A DNA stretch of 50,794 bases from Actinomycetota bacterium (GTDB taxonomy: Bacteria; Actinomycetota; Thermoleophilia; Gaiellales; Gaiellaceae): NCBI GenBank assembly GCA_046728735.1, contig JBKPFG010000122.1, forward strand, positions 1 to 50,794, read 5' to 3'. Positions 33,793-41,929 of the stretch are shown here, piece after piece. The notes below the pieces were generated by a model. The model made no database searches. It saw only the letters and a program-made list of their open reading frames with translations, and was not told the origin of the DNA. The position numbers and the translations under genes are program-made. How positions within the stretch are numbered: position 1 is the stretch's first letter; every line of letters starts with the position of its first letter.

Positions 33793-34737
33793 ATTCCCGC
33801 TCGAGCTCTCGTCACCGGTGCGTGCGGCTTCATCGGGGCGAACCTCGTCCCCAGGCTCCTGGCCCGGAACGTCGAGGTGCGCGCGCTCGACAACTTCTCG
33901 CGCGGGAGCAGCGACTATCTGAGCGGGATCGAGGCCGAGATCGTCGAGGCCGACATTCGCGATGACCAGGCTGTCGCGCGCGCGCTCGGGGGGGTCGACA
34001 CGGTCGTGCACCTCGCTGCGTTCGGCTCCGTCGTCGAGTCGGTCGAGGATCCCGTCGAGAACTTCGACGTCAACGTGCGCGGGACCCTCGTCGTCCTGCG
34101 GGCGGCCGCGGCAGCAGGCGTCCAGAAGCTCGTCTTCGCCTCCACGGGCGGGGCGATCATGGGCAACGCGCCGCCGCCGGTGGACGAGACCACGATGCCC
34201 TGGCCGATCTCGCCCTACGGGGCCAGCAAGCTCTGCGGGGAGGCCTACTGCCATGCTTTCGCCGGCTCGTTCAGCCTGCCGATCGTCGCTCTGCGCTTCG
34301 CGAACGTCTATGGGCCGATCTCCGAGCACAAGAAGGGTGTCGTCACCAACTTCATCAAGCACGCCCTGCGCGGCGAGCCGATCGTCGTCTACGGGGACGG
34401 GACGGCCAGCCGCGACTTCCTCTACGTGGACGATCTCTGCGACGGAATCTGCTCGGCAGTGGACGCGGACCTGCAGGACGAGGTCGTTCACCTCGCTTCC
34501 GGCGAGGAGACCACGATCAACGACCTGGCGCGGCTGATCCTCGACCTGACGGACGCTCCCGGGACGCCGATCCTCTACGAGGAGCGCCGACGGGGAGAGG
34601 TGGAGCGCACCTTCGCGCGACCGGAGAAAGGGGCCGAGCTCCTCGGCTTCGAGCCTGCGCACACGCTGGCGGAAGGGCTGCGGAAGACCGTCGAGTGGTT
34701 CGCCGAGCGGGAGCGCACGCCCTCGGCGGTCAGCTAG
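33793..34737 (+). CDS. NAD-dependent epimerase/dehydratase (UDP-hexose 4-epimerase-like SDR); start codon unresolved
   Basis: Blocks present are SPYGASKLCGEAY (YxxxK), RFANVYGP and VVYGDGTASRDFLYVDD. The first ATG/GTG/TTG in frame is GTG 33877. The Rossmann motif ALVTGACGFIGANL is encoded upstream of it, at 33805-33846. ATT 33793 is the only near-cognate candidate, so the 5' coordinate is tentative. The 3' end is firm. Confidence 0.7.
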   Translation: MPARALVTGACGFIGANLVPRLLARNVEVRALDNFSRGSSDYLSGIEAEIVEADIRDDQAVARALGGVDTVVHLAAFGSVVESVEDPVENFDVNVRGTLVVLRAAAAAGVQKLVFASTGGAIMGNAPPPVDETTMPWPISPYGASKLCGEAYCHAFAGSFSLPIVALRFANVYGPISEHKKGVVTNFIKHALRGEPIVVYGDGTASRDFLYVDDLCDGICSAVDADLQDEVVHLASGEETTINDLARLILDLTDAPGTPILYEERRRGEVERTFARPEKGAELLGFEPAHTLAEGLRKTVEWFAERERTPSAVS

Positions 34738-34803
34738 GAGGGGTTGGCGGAGTGTCGCTCGTCGCCGGGACTCGCTGGTCGTTCTGAGGCTGCGGACGCC
34801 GGG

Positions 34804-34834
34804 CGCCCTCGTATCGACTCTAGATACGGGGGCG
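34804..34834. other. Inverted repeat (12-bp stem with one G-T pair, 7-nt loop) between convergent genes
   Basis: CGCCCTCGTATC gactcta GATACGGGGGCG lies in the 179-nt spacer between the epimerase (+) and the phosphodiesterase-family gene (-). There is no T-run on either side. It is a possible bidirectional terminator of the U-tract-less type. Confidence 0.25.
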
Positions 34835-34916
34835 ACTCGTCTATCTGAACGCGGATGCGTTAGGGCGATCCGGCGCGCCTCCGGCGGCACAGCCGATGTT
34901 TCGTCAAACCTTCCTA

Positions 34917-36296
34917 CTAGACGAGGCTCTTGCCTTCCATCTCGGCGGGCACGGGCTCGCCGAGCAGCTCGAGGAGGGTGGGGGCGATGTCGAAGATCGC
35001 TCGCTGCTCGCCCTGGCCTGGCTCGACTCCGTCCCCTGCGAGGACGTAGACGCCGTCGGGCGCGTGGTTGGCGTCGTCCGGGCCCGTGTCGTTCTCGAAC
35101 ACGTGGATGCTCCCCGTCCCGACCTGGCCGATGCTCCGCCAGGCGAGGTCGCCGAAGTAGACGAGGAGGTCGGGCGGGATCCCGTTCCGCTCGTCGTAGA
35201 GGTCCTCCGGTCGGTAGGCGATCGTGCCGATCGGCCTGCCCTGGTCGTCGCCCAGGGCCTCGAGCTTCTCCTTCAGCTCCTCGCGAAGCGTGTCGAACTC
35301 GTCGGCCTGCACGGTGCCCGCGGGCTCTCGGCCCGCGACGTTGAGGTTGAGGCGGCAGTAGTAGCCGCCCTCGCCCCAGGCCCGGGTCCGCTCCCAATCC
35401 ACGAGCTCGGGCCGTAGTGGCGCGGGCTCGGCGGGCTCCTCCTTCAGAGCCAGATATCCCTCCGCGCGCAGCCACTCGTTGATGCAGATGCCTCCGTCGA
35501 TGCGCTTGGCGCCGTGGTCGGAGACGACCAGCACCGCCGTCTCGTCGTCGGCGAACCGGAGAAGCCTGCCGATCTTCTCGTCGAGGGCGCGGTAGTAGTC
35601 GAGCATCGCCCCTTCGAAGGGGTTCCCGGGCTCGTGCAGCCGGTGCTCCGGGTCGCTGTAGCGCCAAAAGGCGTGGTGCATCCGGTCGGTGCCCATCTCG
35701 ACCATGAAGAAGAGGTCCCAGGGCCTCGTCTCCAGGAGGTGCTCCGCGACCCGGAAGCGCCGCTCGGTCATCTCCTCGATGTCGGCCAGGAGCCGGTCCT
35801 TCTCCGAGGTGCGGAAGTTGTCGACGTCGACCATGTAGCGGCCGACGAGGCCCTCGATCTCCTCCTTCAGCTCGGGAGGATGCGTGTACTGGGCCTGCTC
35901 GGTGTCGGGAGTGAGGAAGCACGAGATCATGACGCCGTTCACGGGCGTGACCGGGTACGTGGGCGGGACCCCGATCACGATCACGGGTCTCCCTCGCGCG
36001 GAGAGGAGATCCCACACGCGCGGAGCTCGCACGGAGCGCGAATCGGCGATCGAGAGCCCCTTGTAGGAATGGTCGCGCCGGTTGCGGAACCCGTAGATCC
36101 CGAGCGCGCCGGGGCTCCGCGAGGAGGTCATGCAGGCCCAGGCAGGCACGGTGATGGGCGGGTCGCAGCTGCGCAAGACGCCGTAACGCCCGCGCGAGAG
36201 GAGGGAGTCGATGTGCGGGAGCTGGTCGCGCCAGCGCTCGAAGAGGAACTCGGGCGGAGCGCAGTCGAGGCCGATGACCATGGCTCGGGAGGCCAT
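34917..36296 (-). CDS. Alkaline-phosphatase superfamily protein (type I phosphodiesterase / nucleotide pyrophosphatase family)
   Basis: ATG 36296 (MASRAMVIGLDCAPPEF). The metal/nucleophile region is CDPPITVPAWACMTSS. Also present are VVSDHGA and ANHAPDGV. I see no signal peptide or TM segment. Confidence 0.8.
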   Translation of the reverse strand: MASRAMVIGLDCAPPEFLFERWRDQLPHIDSLLSRGRYGVLRSCDPPITVPAWACMTSSRSPGALGIYGFRNRRDHSYKGLSIADSRSVRAPRVWDLLSARGRPVIVIGVPPTYPVTPVNGVMISCFLTPDTEQAQYTHPPELKEEIEGLVGRYMVDVDNFRTSEKDRLLADIEEMTERRFRVAEHLLETRPWDLFFMVEMGTDRMHHAFWRYSDPEHRLHEPGNPFEGAMLDYYRALDEKIGRLLRFADDETAVLVVSDHGAKRIDGGICINEWLRAEGYLALKEEPAEPAPLRPELVDWERTRAWGEGGYYCRLNLNVAGREPAGTVQADEFDTLREELKEKLEALGDDQGRPIGTIAYRPEDLYDERNGIPPDLLVYFGDLAWRSIGQVGTGSIHVFENDTGPDDANHAPDGVYVLAGDGVEPGQGEQRAIFDIAPTLLELLGEPVPAEMEGKSLV

Positions 36297-36353
36297 GGAG
36301 CGCGATGCTAGCGACGGGGAGGCCGGTGCCGCCTCGTTATCCTTCCGCCGGGC

Positions 36354-37859
36354 ATGGCCAATCGAGCACTTGTCGTCGGCTGGGACGGCGCCGACTGGGA
36401 CATTCTCGACCCGCTGCTCGCCGCCGGCGAGCTGCCGACCGTGCGCGCGCTCGTCGAACGGGGACGGAGGGGCATCTCGCGGTCCTGCATGCCGTCCCAT
36501 TCCTGGGCCGCCTGGCCCACGTTCCTGACCGGTCGCGATCCCGGCGGTCACGGGGTCTTCGACATCCTCGAGTACCGCCCCGGGGCCTCCCGCCGCCTCC
36601 CGGTCTCATACGGGTCGATCCTCGCGCCGACGTGGCCCGAGCGGCTCTCGCAGGCCGACAAGACCTCGATCGTCATCAACGTGCCGCTGACGTATCCGGC
36701 GCCCGAGATCCGCGGCGCCCTCATCGCGGGCGGCCCGATCCCGCCGGGCACGACGTACAGCCATCCGGCGGAGCTCGGGCCGCGCCTCGGCTGGCCGATC
36801 AACGGAGGCTCGTGGACGACCTTTCGCAACAAGCCCGTCGAGCTCGTCGACGAGCTCGAGGAGCTGACCCGGAAGCGGGCCGCCGCGGCGCGCACGCTGC
36901 TCGACGAGGAGGACTGGGACGCGGCCTGCGTCGTCTTCGTCTCGCCGGACCGGGCCCAGCATTGCCTGCTCGAGTACGTCCACCCGGGCCATCCCGGCTA
37001 CTCGGAGGCGGCCGCCACCCCGGTCGCCGAGCGCGTCCGTGGCCTCTATCGGCTCCTGGACGCGGAGCTCGCCACGCTGCTCGAGCGCGCCGACGAGAAC
37101 GACCTCGTCGTGCTCATGTCCGACCACGGCCATCAGCCCGTCACCCGCTCGGTGTCGATGAACAAGATCCTCGAGCAGGAAGGGTTCCTCCGCTTCGGAG
37201 CCGGCTCGACCCTCGTCAACCTCCTCTCCTGGGGACGTGTGCGGGCCGTTGCCCGCGTCGTCTACGACAAGCTGGGCCTCCACGGGCGGGTGGCCGTACC
37301 GACGCCGCCGCTCGATTGGTCGCAGACGCGCGCATACACGAGCGTCGTCTCGACGGGAGAGGGCGTGTCGGTCAATCTCGTCGGGCGCGAGCCGCACGGG
37401 ACGGTTGCCCGCGCGGATTACGAGCGGGTTCGCGATGAGATCGCGGACGCGCTGCTCGCCTTCGAAGACCCCGACACCGGCACCCGGCCGATCGGGCACG
37501 TCGTCCGCAAGGAGGAGGTGCTCTCCGGTCCCTACCTCGACCGGGCGCCCGACCTGCTCCTGCAGCCGGCACCGCTCTACAGCCTCGCGCGGGCACGTCA
37601 TCTCGTCGCACCGGCGGACTGGCTCTCGGGCGATCATCGACCCGAGGGCATCTACGCCATGGCCGGTCCCGGGATCCCCGACGAGCTCGGGCCGGAGATG
37701 TCGCTCGCCGGCTTCGCCGGGCTGATCGCGGGCGCGGTCGGCCTTCAGCCGGACGAGGAGTGGAGCAGCACGCCGTCCGCCGAGCCGGTCGGCGTCTACA
37801 GCGAGGAGCAGGAGCGGCAGGTCGAGGAGCGGCTCCGCGGCCTCGGGTATCTCGAGTAG
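36354..37859 (+). CDS. Alkaline-phosphatase superfamily protein (type I phosphodiesterase / nucleotide pyrophosphatase family), divergent paralogue
   Basis: Translation begins MANRALVVGWDGADWDIL. Also present are CMPSHSWAAWPTFLTGRDPGGHGVF, LMSDHGH, GDHRPEGI and the C-terminal EERLRGLGYLE. I see no signal peptide or TM segment. Confidence 0.8.
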   Translation: MANRALVVGWDGADWDILDPLLAAGELPTVRALVERGRRGISRSCMPSHSWAAWPTFLTGRDPGGHGVFDILEYRPGASRRLPVSYGSILAPTWPERLSQADKTSIVINVPLTYPAPEIRGALIAGGPIPPGTTYSHPAELGPRLGWPINGGSWTTFRNKPVELVDELEELTRKRAAAARTLLDEEDWDAACVVFVSPDRAQHCLLEYVHPGHPGYSEAAATPVAERVRGLYRLLDAELATLLERADENDLVVLMSDHGHQPVTRSVSMNKILEQEGFLRFGAGSTLVNLLSWGRVRAVARVVYDKLGLHGRVAVPTPPLDWSQTRAYTSVVSTGEGVSVNLVGREPHGTVARADYERVRDEIADALLAFEDPDTGTRPIGHVVRKEEVLSGPYLDRAPDLLLQPAPLYSLARARHLVAPADWLSGDHRPEGIYAMAGPGIPDELGPEMSLAGFAGLIAGAVGLQPDEEWSSTPSAEPVGVYSEEQERQVEERLRGLGYLE

Positions 37860-37890
37860 CACCCCTGAGAGCCCGCAGGAGGCCCCTGCT

Positions 37891-39345
37891 GTGAGGGAGG
37901 AGCGCACGATCCTCACGGGCACGGCCGTCAACGTCGTCGGCCTGGTCGTCGGCGTGTTCGCCGCGCTCGGCGTTCAGATCCTCCTCGGACACGCGCTCGA
38001 GCCAGGCGCGTTCGGCCTCGTCACGGTCGCGGTGCAGGTCGCCTTCGTCGCCTCGGCGGGGAGCCGCTTCGGCATGGACATGGCCGCGGTGCGTCTCGTC
38101 GCCATCGGGCGCGGAGCGAGCAGCGTCGACAACCTCAGGAGCCTCGTCGAGCGCTGCGCCCTGGTCGCGGTCGCGGCCAGCGTGGTCGTGGCGGCGCTCC
38201 TGGCCGCCTCCGCGCCGCTCTACGACGGGTACACGCGGGTGATCGCACTGGCCTCCTTGAGCGTGCCCTTCATCGCCGTGACCAACGTCTATCTGGGGGC
38301 GACCCGCGGGCTCGGGCAGATGCGCCAGACGCTCTACGTGTTCTGGATCGGCCAGCCCGTCGTCTGGATCGCGGTTGCGGCGGCGGCCGTCGCCGTGGGC
38401 GGAGCGACCGATGCGGCGGTCCTCTCCTACGACTGCTCGTGGATCGCGGCGGCGGTGGCGGCGCGAGCGCTCTGGCGGCGGGAGGCAGCGCCGTACAGCG
38501 GGCGCGCCGCAAGCCGTGAGGAGGTGCGAGGCGCCCTCCGCTACGGGCTGCCGAGAGCGCCGGCCGCATTGCTCGCCCAGGCCGTCTTCTGGGCCGACCT
38601 CTGGGTGCTGGCGGCCTTCGAGCACGGCAACGAACTGGACGCCTACTCCGCGGCGGCTCGCATCTCGCAGGTGCTCCTCCTCTTCCTCACTTCGCTCAGC
38701 CTCGTCTTCTCGCCCTTCGCGGCCGACCTCCACGCGCGCGGGGAGCGTCAGCGTCTGGACGAGCTCTTCAAGCGCAGCACACGCTGGGCGCTGACGGCCA
38801 CGCTCCCGCTTCTGATCGTGCTCTTCGTGGCGGCCGACGACGTTCTGCATGCGTTCTCGGCCAGGTTCGAGATCGGCGAGAACGCGCTGCGCATCCTCCT
38901 GCTCGGGCAGACGGTCAACGTCGCCACCGGAAGCGTCGGGTTCATCCTCATCATGACCGGCTTCACCGGCGTCGACCTCATCGACAACGCGCTCGGGATC
39001 GCGCTCCTGGTCGGCCTCGCTGCCGCGCTGACGGCGGCGTTCGGGATCGAAGGGACGGCGACCGCCTCGGCCGTCAGCGTCGCCGGACTGAACGTGCTGC
39101 GCCTCTTCCAGGTGCGCCGCCGCATCGGGATCCAGCCGTACGACCGCACCTACGCCGGGCTCGTCGTACCCGCCGCCGCAGCGGCCCTTGCCGCGCTCGG
39201 GGCGCACGCGGCGCTCGCGGAAGAGTCGTGGCTGTTCTCGCTTGCCGCCACGTCCGCCTGCGGGCTCATTGCCTACGTCGCGCTGCTGCCGCTCGCCCTG
39301 CCGGCCGAGGAGCGGGCGGTCCTGCGGGCGAAGCTCCCCGCCTAG
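37891..39345 (+). CDS. Polysaccharide/oligosaccharide flippase, MOP superfamily (Wzx / Polysacc_synt-like)
   Basis: GTG lies 8 nt after AGGAGG. The protein is 484 aa with about 12-14 TM segments. The N-terminal pattern TGTAVNVVGLVVGVFAALGVQILLGHAL...FGLVTVAVQV is typical of Wzx-type flippases. Confidence 0.8.
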   Translation: MREERTILTGTAVNVVGLVVGVFAALGVQILLGHALEPGAFGLVTVAVQVAFVASAGSRFGMDMAAVRLVAIGRGASSVDNLRSLVERCALVAVAASVVVAALLAASAPLYDGYTRVIALASLSVPFIAVTNVYLGATRGLGQMRQTLYVFWIGQPVVWIAVAAAAVAVGGATDAAVLSYDCSWIAAAVAARALWRREAAPYSGRAASREEVRGALRYGLPRAPAALLAQAVFWADLWVLAAFEHGNELDAYSAAARISQVLLLFLTSLSLVFSPFAADLHARGERQRLDELFKRSTRWALTATLPLLIVLFVAADDVLHAFSARFEIGENALRILLLGQTVNVATGSVGFILIMTGFTGVDLIDNALGIALLVGLAAALTAAFGIEGTATASAVSVAGLNVLRLFQVRRRIGIQPYDRTYAGLVVPAAAAALAALGAHAALAEESWLFSLAATSACGLIAYVALLPLALPAEERAVLRAKLPA

Positions 39346-40166
39346 ACGTCCTCGAGGGCGACCTCGCTCTCGCCGACGTCGAGGAACCTCGTGTACGCCT
39401 CGATCACGGGCTCCGGCTCGTCACGCATCCTGATCCGACCCTGATGGAGCCAGACGACCTCCGTGCAGAGGTCGCCGATGCTCTTGAGCGCATGGCTCAC
39501 GATCATGATCGCCTGCGCCTGGTCGCAGAGCTCCTGGATCTTCTCGAAGCACTTGTGCTTGAAGCGGGCGTCGCCGACCGAGAGCGCTTCGTCGATGAGG
39601 AGGATGTCGGGGTCTGCATGCACCGCGACCGAGAAGGCGAGGCGGCCGTACATGCCGGACGAATAGGAGCGCATCGGCAGCTCCATGAAGTCGCCCAGCT
39701 CGGCGAACTCAGCGATCTCCTCGTACTTCGCCTCGATCTGCTCGCGCGTCAACCCGGCGGCGAGCCCACCGAGGACGACGTTGTCGCGGCCGGTCAGGTC
39801 GGCGTTGAAGCCGACGCCGAGCGCGAGCAGCGTGCTCACGCGGCCCCAGACCTCGATGCGCCCCTCGGTGGGAGGGAGAATGCCGGCGACCGCTCTCATG
39901 AGCGTGGACTTGCCGGCGCCGTTGACGCCGACGATCCCGAGGATCTCTCGCGGCGGCACCTCGAAGCTCACGTCGCGGAGCGCGTGGACCTCCCGCACGC
40001 TCCGCTCGCGCCGGCCGAGACGAATCAGCGCCTTCTTCAGCGTCGGCTTCTTCTCGTAGGTCGTGCGGTAGGAGACCGAGAGCTGGTCGACCTTGACCGC
40101 GAAGTCGCCGTATACGTCACCGTTGGTCGCGGCGATTGCGCTCTCAGATGCGGACGGCAAACTCAC
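39342..40166 (-). CDS. ABC transporter ATP-binding protein, polysaccharide/teichoic-acid export type (TagH/Wzt/KpsT-like)
   Basis: Walker A is GVNGAGKSTL, the signature is YSSGMYGRLAFS, and Walker B is ILLIDEALSVGD. The stop overlaps the flippase stop in a shared CTAG. Confidence 0.9.
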   Translation of the reverse strand: MSLPSASESAIAATNGDVYGDFAVKVDQLSVSYRTTYEKKPTLKKALIRLGRRERSVREVHALRDVSFEVPPREILGIVGVNGAGKSTLMRAVAGILPPTEGRIEVWGRVSTLLALGVGFNADLTGRDNVVLGGLAAGLTREQIEAKYEEIAEFAELGDFMELPMRSYSSGMYGRLAFSVAVHADPDILLIDEALSVGDARFKHKCFEKIQELCDQAQAIMIVSHALKSIGDLCTEVVWLHQGRIRMRDEPEPVIEAYTRFLDVGESEVALEDV

Positions 40167-41034
40167 GCTCCCTCGAGATGAAGATGAGAGCTCCGACGAG
40201 AAACGTCACGACCGCACCGGCCACTCCCCAGAGCATGTAGCCCGCATTCGGGTTTTGTCCCTGGTTGACGACGTCGCTCAACGAGGCGATGAGTGGAAAC
40301 AGCGGGTTCACGGCCATGAGCGGCTTGAACTTGTCCGGGACCTCGCTCGCGAAGTAGAGCACCGGCGAGAGGTAGAGCCAGATGCGGGTGAAGTAGGGAA
40401 GGAAGTTGGCGAAGTCGCGGAAGTAGACCTGAGCCGTGGCTGCGAGCATGGCGGCGCCGGCCGCGAAGACGACGAGCAGCGCGAGGATCGGAATCGTCCA
40501 GAGCAGATGCCAGCCGACCGGGAGACCGGCGATAGCGTGAACGCAGGCGTACACGATGATCGTCGGCACGAACTGCGCGAACGAGGTGAGCACCGACGAG
40601 AGCGGGAGAAGGGTGCGCGGAAAGGCGGTGTTGAGGATGAGGCGCCCGCCTCGTACGACGGAGCGGGCACCCTGGGAGAACGACGTGCTGACCAGCCGGA
40701 ACGCGAAGAGACCCAGCATGAGATGGGCGAGAAAGCCGATCCCTCGGCTTCCTCCCCCGATGATGTAGACGAGGATGAAGTAGACGAGCCCGAGGAGAAG
40801 CGGGTTGACGACGAGCCACAGCTGGCCGAGCGCGGTGTTGTAGTGCTGAACCCGGAGGTTCGCCTTCGCCAGCTCGTACGCCAGATGGCGGCGCTCCCAG
40901 AACGTGCGCAGGTATGCGCCCATGGGCGGCAAGCCGATGGGGTGGGGCTCGTAAACGTGCCGCTCGGGCAGCGTCCCGCCGGCATCGGCCGGTGTCGCGG
41001 CGGGCTGCTCGCGTGAAAGGCTCGGCGCTTCCAA
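40144..41034 (-). CDS. ABC-2 type transporter permease (TagG/Wzm-like)
   Basis: The protein has six TM segments. ABC-2 blocks are present (YNTALGQLWLVVNPLLL, and the FRDFANFLPYFTRIWLYLSPVLY region). It lies upstream of, and overlaps, the ATPase gene. Confidence 0.85.
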   Translation of the reverse strand: MEAPSLSREQPAATPADAGGTLPERHVYEPHPIGLPPMGAYLRTFWERRHLAYELAKANLRVQHYNTALGQLWLVVNPLLLGLVYFILVYIIGGGSRGIGFLAHLMLGLFAFRLVSTSFSQGARSVVRGGRLILNTAFPRTLLPLSSVLTSFAQFVPTIIVYACVHAIAGLPVGWHLLWTIPILALLVVFAAGAAMLAATAQVYFRDFANFLPYFTRIWLYLSPVLYFASEVPDKFKPLMAVNPLFPLIASLSDVVNQGQNPNAGYMLWGVAGAVVTFLVGALIFISREREFAVRI

Positions 41035-41065
41035 GGTCTGCTCAGGTTAGTCGCTCGAAGCGGCG

Positions 41066-41929
41066 TCAGATGACCGGAGGGCGGCCCGCGCGCGTCATGC
41101 GCCAGATCGTGCGCCAGCGCACCGGCTTGCGGCTTCCTGCCGGCTCCCGCAGTCCGTCGCGGTAGCCGCGAACGGCCTCGCGGGCGTCGCGCCTCGAGCG
41201 GAGGCCCGCACCGGTGCGGAGGGCCCAGACGGCGACGTGCACCGTGGCCAGCGGCCAGGGGAGGTTGCGCCGCGCCAACCAGACACGATTCCGGGCCGCC
41301 AGGTAGGGGACCTGACGCCGTTCTCGCGCGGCGGGTGCGGGATGCATGGCCAGCAGATCGCCCGCGTACCAGACGTGGTAACCGCGGTCCAGGATCCGCC
41401 AGGCGAGGTCGATCCCCTCGTGGAAGTAGAAGAACTCCGCCGGCCAGCCGCCGATTTCCTCGAACACGGACCGGCGCGCGACCGTTGCTCCCTCGCACAG
41501 CGCTACCACGTCGCTGCTCCGGCTTCGATCTCCGACGCGCAGTCGCGGAACCCAGTGGCGGGGCTCGGGACGCCCGGCAGGATCGGCGAGACGCAGCTGA
41601 AGCGCGCCGAGGGTTGCATCCCGTTCGAACATCTCGCCAACCCGCGCGAGTGTGTCGTCCTCGGCGAGGTAGGCGTCATCGTCGAGAAAAACGAGCAGCT
41701 CGCCCGCAGCCTGCGCCGCCCCCGCGTTTCTCCCGGCTGTCGCGCCGATGTTCTCCCGCAGTGCGAGCGCCCTAGCCTCGCTCGGAAGACCTGCCGGTTC
41801 GCAACCGTTGCCGACGACCACCAGGTCGGTTTCGACGCTCTTCTGGGTCAGCACGGACTCCACGGCCCGCTGCACGTCGTTCGGGCGAGAGCCCTGGGTG
41901 ACCACCACGCAGCCGAAGGACGGGGTCAC
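41066..41929 (-). CDS. GT2 glycosyltransferase (rhamnosyl/galactofuranosyl-transferase-like soluble GT-A)
   Basis: Blocks present are CVVVTQGSRPNDVQRAVESVL, VVVGNG, NIGATAGRNAG, FLDDDA and EGIDLAWR. GTG 41929 overlaps the upstream stop as GTGA. Confidence 0.85.
   Translation of the reverse strand: MTPSFGCVVVTQGSRPNDVQRAVESVLTQKSVETDLVVVGNGCEPAGLPSEARALALRENIGATAGRNAGAAQAAGELLVFLDDDAYLAEDDTLARVGEMFERDATLGALQLRLADPAGRPEPRHWVPRLRVGDRSRSSDVVALCEGATVARRSVFEEIGGWPAEFFYFHEGIDLAWRILDRGYHVWYAGDLLAMHPAPAARERRQVPYLAARNRVWLARRNLPWPLATVHVAVWALRTGAGLRSRRDAREAVRGYRDGLREPAGSRKPVRWRTIWRMTRAGRPPVI

Noticed and set aside
33788-33880. Stop-codon read-through or frameshift fusing the sulfoquinovose synthase to the downstream epimerase.
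   Set aside because: Reading through TAG 33788 stays in the synthase frame. That frame is not the epimerase frame, and it gives Ser/Pro/Arg-rich sequence ending at a TGA. A +1/-1 shift would be needed and nothing resembling a slippery site is visible. A non-canonical start or a sequence error is the simpler explanation.
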